DNA of 64,000 bases from positions 79,651-143,650 of the forward strand of contig CAVYSE010000020.1 of NCBI GenBank assembly GCA_963771075.1. The letters are read 5' to 3'. A model generated the notes under the pieces. The model worked only from the letters and a program-made list of their open reading frames with translations, made no database searches and was not told the origin of the DNA. Positions 47,447-57,885 of this stretch are shown piece by piece; the stretch's first letter is position 1, and each line of letters starts with the position of its first letter. Both the position numbers and the translations under genes were made by a program. This DNA is from a candidate division FCPU426 bacterium (GTDB lineage: Bacteria; Oederibacteriota; Muellerivitia; Muellerivitales; Muellerivitaceae).

Positions 47447-48535
47447 TTAATTGTTTTTTCGCAAGATCAAAAGGGGCCCCATTAGGGCGAAAATCAAGTT
47501 GATGCTCCAAATGGCGAAAAAGGGCGGTATCGCTCCACCGTCTCCCAAGGTATGTCCGATTTGCATCCCGCCGATATAAGCTAACCCCACTAGAAGGCAA
47601 ATTCCGAAACTGGCCACCACTCCGCTGTATTTTCCCATGGACCAACCCCAGGGAACTCCCCATAGGGCGAGGATCACGCAGCCAAAGGGAAAGGCCAGTT
47701 TGTTATTAAGTTCCACCAATTCCTTGTGGCAATCCAAACCGTTCCTTTTCAATTGTTGGATATAAAGGGTCAGCTCGGCGATGGACAGCTCCGCAAGTTC
47801 TTTTTGCTCTTTGATGAAGTCAGAGGGTTTTTCCGTAAGGTCCACGACGGTCTGGTCGAACGGCAGGGTTTGAACCTCGTTATCATCTCCGTTGAATGTC
47901 CGGATATATCCGTTCTCGAAAATCCAACGCCCATCCTGGTAATGGGCAGCTTTGGCGTCCACCCTCGATTTCAAATGGGAGGCATTGTCAAATTGGAGTA
48001 CGAGGATATCCGTCATGGTGTTCTTGGTCCCGTCAAACGTGCCGATGTGGTAAAGGGTGTTGTTGTCCCCGCGCAGGGAAAGGTTCTGCCGGTACGTTTC
48101 AAGGGAGGATTCGGGTTTGTGCTCGATTTCGACTTCCTGGGTATGGCGCCTGATCTGATTGGCCTTGGGCACGACGATTTCGGAAAAAACCAGGCTCAAA
48201 ATACAAATCACGAGGCCCGCGAAAAACAGGGGAATGACAGCCTGGTAAATGTTGGCTCCCCCCGCCCGCATGGCCATCAGTTCGCTGTTTTTGGCCAAGG
48301 TGCTTAAGGCCATCAAGACCCCGAAAAGGACGGCGAGGGGAATAATCAGTTGAATCAATTCGGGGACTTGGGATATCAAGTATTTGAAGGTGAGCCAGAG
48401 CCCGGGATGATTATTGAGGATAAACTGGAGTTCCTCCAAAACCTTGACGATTAAAATAACCACCGTAAAGAACATTAACGCGAGGATAAATGGTTTGGTG
48501 AATTCACGCAGGATGTATCGGGTAAGGGTTTTCAC
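47447..48535 (-). CDS. lptG: LPS export permease LptG
   Basis: TLTRYILREF, NSELMAMRAGG, KLAFPF; GTG start overlaps the lptF stop. Confidence 0.88.
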   Translation of the reverse strand: MKTLTRYILREFTKPFILALMFFTVVILIVKVLEELQFILNNHPGLWLTFKYLISQVPELIQLIIPLAVLFGVLMALSTLAKNSELMAMRAGGANIYQAVIPLFFAGLVICILSLVFSEIVVPKANQIRRHTQEVEIEHKPESSLETYRQNLSLRGDNNTLYHIGTFDGTKNTMTDILVLQFDNASHLKSRVDAKAAHYQDGRWIFENGYIRTFNGDDNEVQTLPFDQTVVDLTEKPSDFIKEQKELAELSIAELTLYIQQLKRNGLDCHKELVELNNKLAFPFGCVILALWGVPWGWSMGKYSGVVASFGICLLVGLAYIGGMQIGHTLGDGGAIPPFFAIWSINLIFALMGPLLILRKNN

Positions 48536-49704
48536 GGCCTTGGTTTCTCTCTCTTGAAGGTATTGGATTTTAACCGTCCCCCCAGGGTTTTTTCCCCTCG
48601 AAAGGCCGATTGCTCTGAAATCACCAAATAATAAATAAGGCAGCCCGCGGCTGCCAATAGGATGTTGCCCCCCCAAACGCCCAGGGAAAGGTTCACCAGA
48701 TTTTTCTGAACGAGGATGTTTCCGAGGGTGAATAGGGAATAATAAAAGAAGATCATCACCAAGCCCAGGATGAAACCGATAAACCCCTTAGAGCGGACCC
48801 ACAAGCCGAGGGGGGCGCAAAACCAGGTCAGGGCCAGGCAAGCGAAGGGAAGGGCCAGACGTTGTTGGTATTCCATTTGCATTTGCTTCTTTAAGGCGGA
48901 GTCCGAACAGGAGGCGATCGCCTGGTCCAACTCGGCCAGGTCCAGGTCCTCGTATTCCTTCTTCACGTCCGACATCTGAGAAAGCTGGTTTTCCAAGTTC
49001 AAGCGGATCAGATAGCGGTTGAAATATAGCCGGTTATAGGTCTGGTAGTTGGTGTTATCCCAGGTCATCAAACCGTCATCCAGTTGGAAAAACACCTGGA
49101 GGTTCTTAGGGTTGGTGATCAAGCGACCGTGCTTGGCCAAGGTCGTTTGCACGGGCGCGTGGGGCGAGACGCGGTTGAACATGTGGACATTCGCAAATGT
49201 CCCGTCCGGAGCCAGCTGGTCAATGTAAAACTGGTAACCCTCGAATAGGTCGACGAAGACCTTCTCCCGTATGGCCATGTCGGCGCGGTTCTGAAGGATT
49301 TTAAAATGGATTTTTTTAAAGGTGTATTTCGCCGCCGGCACAACCCAGTTGTTAAACGAAATTAATAGGGCGGTCAGGAACGCCCCGACCACCAGGAGGG
49401 GCAGAATCAGGCGGAAAAGATGAACTCCCGCGCTCTTAAATGCGGTGACTTCCATGTCTGAACTCATGCGGCCGAACGCCAAGAGGGTCGCCATCATCAA
49501 CGACATGGGAATGGTGGTGGAAAGCACGAAGGGGATCAGGCTCAGGTAAAGCAAAAGGGCATCGCCCAGGGGAGCCTGCTTGTTGAGGACCAGGTCCAGG
49601 AGCATTAAAACCCGGTTGGTCATGAATAGAAGTGTTAAAACCGCTACGCTCAAGGCGAAAGAGGGAAGGGTTTCCATTAACACATAGCGGTAAACGGTCT
49701 TCAA
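48532..49704 (-). CDS. lptF: LPS export permease LptF
   Basis: YRYVLME, GRMSSDMEVTAFKSAG, RLALPFACL, PLG; TTG start after GAGAGG. Confidence 0.88.
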   Translation of the reverse strand: MKTVYRYVLMETLPSFALSVAVLTLLFMTNRVLMLLDLVLNKQAPLGDALLLYLSLIPFVLSTTIPMSLMMATLLAFGRMSSDMEVTAFKSAGVHLFRLILPLLVVGAFLTALLISFNNWVVPAAKYTFKKIHFKILQNRADMAIREKVFVDLFEGYQFYIDQLAPDGTFANVHMFNRVSPHAPVQTTLAKHGRLITNPKNLQVFFQLDDGLMTWDNTNYQTYNRLYFNRYLIRLNLENQLSQMSDVKKEYEDLDLAELDQAIASCSDSALKKQMQMEYQQRLALPFACLALTWFCAPLGLWVRSKGFIGFILGLVMIFFYYSLFTLGNILVQKNLVNLSLGVWGGNILLAAAGCLIYYLVISEQSAFRGEKTLGGRLKSNTFKREKPRP

Positions 49705-50044
49705 CAAGGCCTCTCGGGTTTGGACGTTGTTAATAAAACGATCAAAGGTTCGGATAACTGGCGGAGGCCCTCGCAAAAGGAACTCGCGGGGCAGTATATC
49801 ATGCGGGCCCGAAAGAGTGCCCGGATGAGAAGGAAGGCGTCCGTTCGGGGCGGCTATCCGACGAACGGGTGGAAGGCAGCGGTTCCGGCCTTGGGGAGGG
49901 GGTATCCTGATATCGGGGAATGTTCCGTTGAAAAAGCATTCGTCGGAGCCTTGAGGGGTTGTTATGATTTTAACCCGACGAGTTCGGATGGCGCCGTTTG
50001 AGAGACCCTTAACCGCTTTTGAAGACACAATGCCGGGAGAGAAT

Positions 50045-51194
50045 GTGAACCGAGCCTGGGACCGATTTTTTTCACTCGACTTTGAGGCCCGTTTTATCCG
50101 GTCCTCCTTGCGCCTGCTGGGGGTTTGGAACCCCCTGTGGACCCTTCTCGCCAGCCTATTCTGGGGTGAATGGGATACGGCCTCCCTGCCGTTTCGTTGG
50201 GCCTGGGGCTTAATGGAAGCGACCATTGCCTCCCTGGTGGCACTCCTGGTCATGGTTCTCTTTCGGTGGGCCGATCAAAGAGGCTGGTGGAAAAGGATTC
50301 CCTTCCTAGGGAGACCGGGCGGTGGAAAGTACCTGGTCCTCATGGCGGTGCTGGTGCCGCCTGGGATCGTCCTGTCTCTCCATGGGATGGTGGGGTTCAT
50401 TAACTTGGTTTTCCCAGGCGACCCAATGACCGCCCAATTCCATTGGGATTATTACGGGAAAGGCGTCTTTGGAGGTTGGCTTCTCCTGCTTGAGTTTTTT
50501 ATTTTCAAGTCCTGGCAGGATACCCGGGACGAGGTCAGGCTAAGCCAGATCAAAGCCAGGGAACTGGAAAAGGAAAGGCTTCAGGCGCTTTTAAACCAGC
50601 TCAAGGACCAAATGAACCCGCATTTCCTGTTTAACACGCTCAATACGGTGGCGGCCCTCATCCCGGAAAACCCATCCAAGGCGGAGCAGGTGGTGGTAAA
50701 ACTTTCCGCCCTTTTGCAGGGAATATTGGCTTCCACCCGGCGGACCCATCATGCGCTCGCCAAAGAAATTGAGTTTTGCGCGGATTACCTGGAGATCGAG
50801 CAAGTCCGTTTCGGCTCGCGCTTGAATTGGCACTCGACCCTGGACCCTGCGCTTGATTTGCAGAAGGTGGAGATTCCCGTACTTTTGCTTCAGCCCATCG
50901 TTGAAAACGCGGTTAAGCACGGACTTTCCTCTCTTTCCTCGGGGGGAACAGTTTGGATCCATGCCCGCCGGAGGGAAGAATGGGTCGAGTTGGTGGTGGA
51001 GGACGACGGGGTTGGTTTTGGGAAATCCCCCTATGCGGGCTCCGGGACGGCCCTGGCCAATTGCCGTAAACGTCTCGAGCTTGCCTATGACGCCCAGGGC
51101 GGGCTGGAGATATTAGGAAAGACAGGGGGGCGGAACCCAAATCATCATGAGGTTTCCCGCGGTTAGCGCGGGGAAATCAGGAGGAGAAACATGA
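50045..51194 (+). CDS. LytS/YehU-type sensor histidine kinase; start uncertain, frameshift near the 3' end
   Basis: Four TMs; QMNPHFLFNTLN, YLEIEQVRF, LQPIVENAVKHG, VEDDGVG; the shifted frame gives GGTQIIMRFP ending in ATGA at 51191-51194. Confidence 0.88.
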
Positions 51195-51940
51195 TCCGCG
51201 TTCTTTTGGTGGACGATGAGACGCCGGCCCGGGGAAGGCTCGCGAGGCTTTTAAGCGAAATCAAGGATATCCAGATCGTTGGAGAAGCCGCCAACGGTTT
51301 GGAAGCCCTATCGGCGGCCCAGGAATTTAAGCCCGATCTGGCTTTTTTGGACATCGAGATGCCTGAACTCAACGGGCTGGAGGTGGCCGAGGCTTGGGCC
51401 GATAACGGACCCGCGGTTGTTTTTGTGACCGCCTATACCGAGCACGCGCTCCGGGCTTTTGAGGTTTCCGCCCTGGATTACCTGGTCAAACCGGTCTCGG
51501 CGGATCGGTTGAGCGAGGCCTTGGACAAGGTCCGCCGTCATAAACCCCAACCCGGGCTGGAACAATTCCAATCCTTCCTGGAAAAGTTCCAGGAAAAAAG
51601 GGCCAAGCGGCGCATGGCCGTGAAGTGCGGGTCCCGGTACCGGGTGTTGGACCCCGAAAGGGTCACCGCGATCGTGGCGAAGGATCACTATGCCTCCATA
51701 CTCGTGGAGGGACAGGAGATCCTTTGTGACGACAGCCTGGATCACCTGGCTCAAAGGCTGGACCCAGGCCGGTTTTTGCGCATCCACCGGGGCGCCGTCA
51801 TCAACTTGGACTTCCTCAAGGAACTGGAGCACCAGGGAGACCGGAAGTACCTGGCGGTCCTTTCGGATGTGGCGAAAACGAAACTTCTGGTCAGCCGCGA
51901 AAGACTGGATGAATTGAAGGAAAGGTTGGGTCTTGGCTAA
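51191..51940 (+). CDS. LytTR-family response regulator
   Basis: VDDE, FLDIEMP, FVTAY, DYLVKP, FLRIHRG, VSR. Confidence 0.95.
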   Translation: MIRVLLVDDETPARGRLARLLSEIKDIQIVGEAANGLEALSAAQEFKPDLAFLDIEMPELNGLEVAEAWADNGPAVVFVTAYTEHALRAFEVSALDYLVKPVSADRLSEALDKVRRHKPQPGLEQFQSFLEKFQEKRAKRRMAVKCGSRYRVLDPERVTAIVAKDHYASILVEGQEILCDDSLDHLAQRLDPGRFLRIHRGAVINLDFLKELEHQGDRKYLAVLSDVAKTKLLVSRERLDELKERLGLG

Positions 51941-54900
51941 GACGGGTTCTTTTCATGCAGGTTCTTCGAAGGTTTGGGCCCTGGCCCTGTTTTGTACAGC
52001 GGCCCCGCTTCTGTTTGCCCAGACACCTACGGCGACAGCAATTCCCGACCTAAAGGGCTTAAGCCCGGGGGAGGAACAGCAGATCCTTCGGGCGATCGAT
52101 TCGCAAAATAATTCATCCACTCCGACAACCCTCGACCTTTCCGGTTCCGGTTCGGTTTCCTCCGCTATGACCCCGGCCCAAACTCAAACGACGCCCCAAT
52201 CCTCTCCGGGCCCGGTGACCACCGCGGACCTTTCGTCAGGGGAACCCCAGCCCCCGACGGGACTTACCATCCTGGTGTTGAAGGAAGGGGTTTATCTTTC
52301 CTGGGACGCGGGCTCCTCCACCGCGGCGACGACTTACAACGTTTATCGGTCCACCATGCCGGGTTCGGATTACAAACAAATTAACCTGAAATCGTTGACC
52401 GCGCCCTATTTCCTGGATGGCGTGCCATCCAGTATTTCACCTCCGAAAAACGGGGAAAATTACTTTTATGTGGTTACCGCGGTCGATACTCAAGGCCGTT
52501 TAAGCGACTATTCGGATGAGGTCGCCGTGACACCCAAAGATATGGAAATCCCTGAAACGGAGAAACAAGGCAAAAAAGGTGTCCTGACCGTCCCCGGGAC
52601 TGAACAGGAGGAGGAACTCAAGATCCCGGAGCAAAAGATCATCAGCCTTCAGCTCCCCGCGGATACCCAGCTTTCGATCCAGGGATATAAAAAAATCGAG
52701 GCGGATTTTTCCTTCCAGAAATTCAACCGCCCGGACCAGAATGGCATTCCATCCGAGGTGGATAGCACTACGGTGAACCAGGAAATGGTCGTGAACCTGG
52801 AGGGAAAGGTCGGCAAGAACGTGGACGTGCACGTCGATTACAGCGACGTCAACCGGGCGGGCGGGGTGGACCAAAGCAAGCAGGAAATATCCATTGTCTA
52901 CCACGGCGACAGCAACAGCCCGGTCCAGGAAGTTGCGTTCGGAGATTTGCAAATGAACCTGCCCAACACCGAATTCGCCGGGTTCAGCAAACAGCTTTTC
53001 GGCCTCCAGGCCAAATTGAAATTCGACGATTTCCGGGTGACAGCCTTTTTCGCCCAGACCAAGGGCATTTCCGAGACAAGGGTTTTTAACGGGAACACGG
53101 GCCAAGTGGATAAGGTTTACAACGACACCGATTACATACGGGAAAGATATTTTCTAATCACGAAGGAATATATCGCGAGTACCAGCGGGGTCTCCCAGAA
53201 CATGGCGCTCCCCCAGGCCAACGCCGAACAAATTTGGGTCAATTCGGGAACCGGCACCTCGACTTTGGCCACAGGGACGAATTTTATCGGGGCTTACGAG
53301 CACTGGCTTCCGGGGCGGGATTACACCCTCGATTACAACACGGGGATCATCACTTTTATCCGATCGGTGCCCATGAGCGCCCAAATTGTGGTCGGCTTTA
53401 CCAATAAGTTGGGCGCGAACCGGGGTTTGTTCGTCGTAGCCGGGGGCACCAGCCCCTCGGCGATCGGGAATGTATTGGGGTTCGGCAATTCGTCCGCGAT
53501 CGCCAACTTCCAGGTCCCGCCGGACGGGGTGATCTATACCGGAGTCAATCCAGCCAACTTGAACAATATTCTCATCAAAAACAACAATAACACGACCAGC
53601 GCCCTCTACCTGGTGGATTATTTTGACCTGGGCAGGGACAAGATCATCCCGCCCCAGCAGGACCCCAATTTCGTTTTCCAGGTCATCGACCAGGGAACGA
53701 ACGACGTTTTGCAGACCGGCCAAGGCGGTTTGGGCCAAAACTCGCAACCCTGGTCTTATGTCATGAACCAAGACTTCAATTATCTGGTGGTCACCAACAC
53801 TAACAACACCAATGTCACGGTATCGGCGGGGGTCACGACTAATTTCTCGGAAAGGGCCTTTGTGGATCCCAATGTGGACCCCTCTTTGGGGGCGGGCACT
53901 AACGGGATCTACAACGAGGCCACCGTGCCCACCAGCCTCAAACGGATACACCTGGTCTATAAAACCCAGTTAAATTATTTTCAACTCAATCGATTCAACA
54001 TCATCCGCGGTTCCGACACGGTCTTTTTGGACGGACGCAGGCTGCGCCGGGACGTGGACTACACCCTTGACTACACATCGGGGTTCCTGGACTTTCCGGA
54101 TAAAAGTATCCTCCGCCCTGACAGCCAACTGGTCATTTCATATGAATACGCGCCCTTTGGTTCCTTCAGTCAAAATAATATCCTGGGCGGTCGAATGGAA
54201 TATGACGTGACGGATCATTTTTTTATCGGCTCGACCATACTCAACTCAACCAGCCAACAGCCCCAGGATATGCCCCAGATTGGTTCCACCCCCAATTCCT
54301 TGACGGTGTTGGACGCGGACATGAAATATGATCTGGGTCCGGATGACCTGCAGGGTTTAACGGGCCTCCTCCCGGGCCTTGGGGATTGGAAACCGCCCGC
54401 AACCCTTAAACTTTCGGGTGAGGTTGCCCAGAGTTATTTCAATCCGGACACCTACAGCATGGAAGGCGAAAATGGGGTAGCCATGGTGGATAACATGGAG
54501 GGCATCGATAGCGTGACCGGCCCCACCATGAACGCCACGAACTGGATCGTTTCATCCGCGCCCGAGCAGATAAACTCCCCGGTCGTTCCCGGATACCTTT
54601 CAAGCCTCGTTTGCGACAGTAGTTCCACGAATGCCACCAATAACCGGCTTCGGTTCCGGAATGGGCCCCTTGAATTTACAACTCTTGGGGCTTCGGTGAC
54701 GGCCGGACAAATGGCTGTGAACGGCCAGGGGGGACATATTTACGCGGGTGTATTGAACAATCCCGGGACGGGCGTTGCCACGGACTCTATATCTGTCTTG
54801 CAGATCCCCTACGCGAACTTGACCAACCAAAACTGGGCTGGCCTTCGGCAAACCTTGTCCGCCACCGGATTGGACCTATCCAGCACTGTCTATATGCAGG

Positions 54901-57883
54901 CTTGGGTTTATAACGATGGTAATCCGAAGTGGATTATGTTTGATTTTGGCGTTATGAGTGAGGCCATCAACGTGGATCAGGGGCCAACCATCGAGGCGGA
55001 ACAGCTTCCCCTTATCCCGCAGGATGATATCGGGTTACTGACAAATTATTTCAATTCTTTGACGGGCCCCGGCGGGCCAGTTTCCCAAGTGGGGGGGGAG
55101 GAATATCCATTACAGATGAATCCCAGGGAACCCAGGAAGGACAGGGCAATAACATTCTCGATACTGAAGATACAAACGGCAACGGGGTATTGGATACGAC
55201 GGACGCTTATTACGAATATGGGGTCCAGGCCGCCTGGACCGGATGGCAAATCGTTAAGATTCCAGTGAATTTCTCACAATCGGATGGACTGTATCAAACT
55301 GATCAAGGGGTCAATTACTTTTTCCATAACCAAAACCCCAGTTTGGCGACCCCCACCCTTATCCGCACGATCCGGTTTTGGATGACCGGCGTCTCCGCGA
55401 CTTCCGCCGTCAGCGGATATGTTTTGTTTGAAAGCATCCAGTTCAACCATAACCTCTGGCAGTTGGAGGTCGATCCCACCGCCAACGCTTCTGAAGGGGT
55501 GACCATCAACACCGAAAAATTCGACTGCAGTTCCATCAGCCAGGACCAGGACCCGGGATATCTTCCCACTACCCGTTTTATCGTGATCCCGCCCGGAACC
55601 AGCAGTTCCTCGATCCTGGCGAAAGAAAAATCGCTTAAAATTACTTATGATCTGTCCGACAGCGACACCGTAACCTATACGGCTCCACCCTCCGCGGCCC
55701 CCGTTACTTTTCCTAACTATTACGCTACCCGCTTTTTCAACCAGGGAATCGATTTTACTGATTATTCGAATCTCGCGTTCGATCTTTATGTGCGAACTAA
55801 CAGTATCGAACCGGGTGAAGTCCTATTCATCAGAATCGGAAATGACCAACAGGACTATTACCAGTACAACATTCAGATGAGCAACCAATTTTATGGAAAT
55901 TGGAATACCATCACGGTCCCGATCGACGGTTCGGACGGCAACCGGGATACGGTCGGAACCCCCTTCATCAACCGGGCCACCCAAGTTAGTTTCGGGGTTT
56001 TGTCGCCGAACCATGAGAATGGCCTGACAAAGGAACTTTGGATCAATAACTTGCGGGTAAATACGCCCAACCAACGCACCGGGCTGGCCCGGCGGGCGAA
56101 CGCGACGCTCGTATTGGGCAACAATTTCGCCACGGTGAACGCCCGATATCGGGAGGTGGACTCGGGGTTCACACAGATCGACCAAACTGACAACCATTTC
56201 CAGCATTCCACTCAATATGGTCTGGACTATACTTCCAATGGGGTCAAGTTGTTTGACCAGCCCCTCGTGACCCAATTTTCCTACACGAACCAGAATCTCT
56301 ATACCGAGACCGCCCTACTCCAAAACCCCTATTACAGCGCCCTCCCTAACGCCCAATCGGAAAACACTACCGGCAGTATTTCCTACACCAAAGACCTGGG
56401 GCCGGCCTGGGGCCGTTTAACGAATTTTCGCCTGTCTGAAAGTACCTATGATGAGGCAGACGTCTATCAGCAAGCCTATTTGAATCAACCGGGTATCCAA
56501 GGGAATACCCAGAAAGGCAACCAGACCTATACGGTTGCTTCCACCTATGACGCCCCCGGCAAGGTCATAGGCTTTCCCGTGGGCACCAACCAGTTTTCCG
56601 AGACCTATATTCTTTCCTACGACACCCAGGTCTTCACTACTGACCCGAACCTTTCGAATTATAACCGTACCACCGAGAACGAAACCTACGGGTGGACCAA
56701 TACAACGGAGGTTTTCAAAAACCTGGTCTTTACCCCGGGCTATACCCTGAACCTGGTGGACGCCATGGGAAACACCAATTCACCGGGGGTTGCCGGTGGC
56801 GTGAACCAATTCATCAATTTCCAGGAAAGGGACCAGCCCAAGGCGGGGTTGACCTATCGGGGGGTTCCCGGGGCTATCCCGGCGGTGAACTATACCGGTT
56901 CCCAGCAAGTGGACAACGTCACCTATCCGGAAGGCCCCCGGCTGAACACCTCCAATAGCCTCAACTATTCCCTCAATTTGTCGCCATCCCTTTGGTGGGA
57001 TCCCTTTAAAACCATCGCTTTGACGGCCTTCGCGGGCCGAACGGAAAACGCCTCATCGGCTATACCGAATTTCAGGGCCCTGCCTGCCGAGCCGACTTTC
57101 GACCAGGTATGGGGAATGGACCCGGATAACGCCTATGCCTTGAACTCGACCCAGTCCCTGACCGATCAGATCAATTTCAGCTTCAGGCTATTTGATTTTT
57201 GGGATTTCAAGCCGACTGGTTCCTGGACCACGCAGGGAAACCTATTATCGCCTGGCACCAACCCCGTGACCCAGCAAAGCGACACCTTGGGTTTCACGAC
57301 CGTTTATAACCGCAAATTACTGGTCATACCCTTCATCAACGTTGGTTTTGACTCGGCCCAGTTCCAGTACACCCGGACCGATTCCACCCAATGGGATAGT
57401 TCCTCTCCCCCGGTCATCTCTGGCCAAAGCGCCAATGAAACCTATTCATTCACGGTGCCTTATGATATCGCCAAACAATCCCAAGGGAATGTCAGGTATC
57501 AACGTACGGATGGTTTCACCAACACCAACGGGATCATCACCAACCAGACCGATGACCAGTATTCCATCCAATACAACCAGAAATTCCTTGAAAATGAGAT
57601 TTTGCACATTCCCTTCACCCATTGGAAAATCAAGTTCGACCAGGCGATCGAGCTTCAGGCGAATTTCCTGGCGGAGTTCGTAAATAACCTCAGCCCGAAC
57701 TACAGCCTTAATAACCTTCAGACTGAAAAATACCGCGGCACACTACAGCTCAATTACAATGCCATGAAAAACCTGAGGATCGGGTTGGGGGTGGTAAACG
57801 AGTACTTTGTTGAGGACAATCCTTACCCCTACCTGGGTTACGATATGTGGCAGATCAATATCTCCGGCGAAGCGAGGTTTTAG
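51933..57883 (+). CDS. sprA: SprA/Sov-like large outer-membrane protein (about 1980 aa), one frameshift near 55091-55098
   Basis: Signal peptide; NLEGKVG, KQLFGLQAKLKF, DYTLDYTSG, GEVAQS, MVDNMEG, DTEDTNGNGVLD, LWINNLR; C-terminal Phe. Confidence 0.72.
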
Positions 57884-57885
57884 TG

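Noticed and set aside
49705..50253. N-terminal extension of the 573-aa lptF ORF
   Set aside because: It overlaps the divergent kinase gene and promoter region; LptF similarity starts at about 49704.
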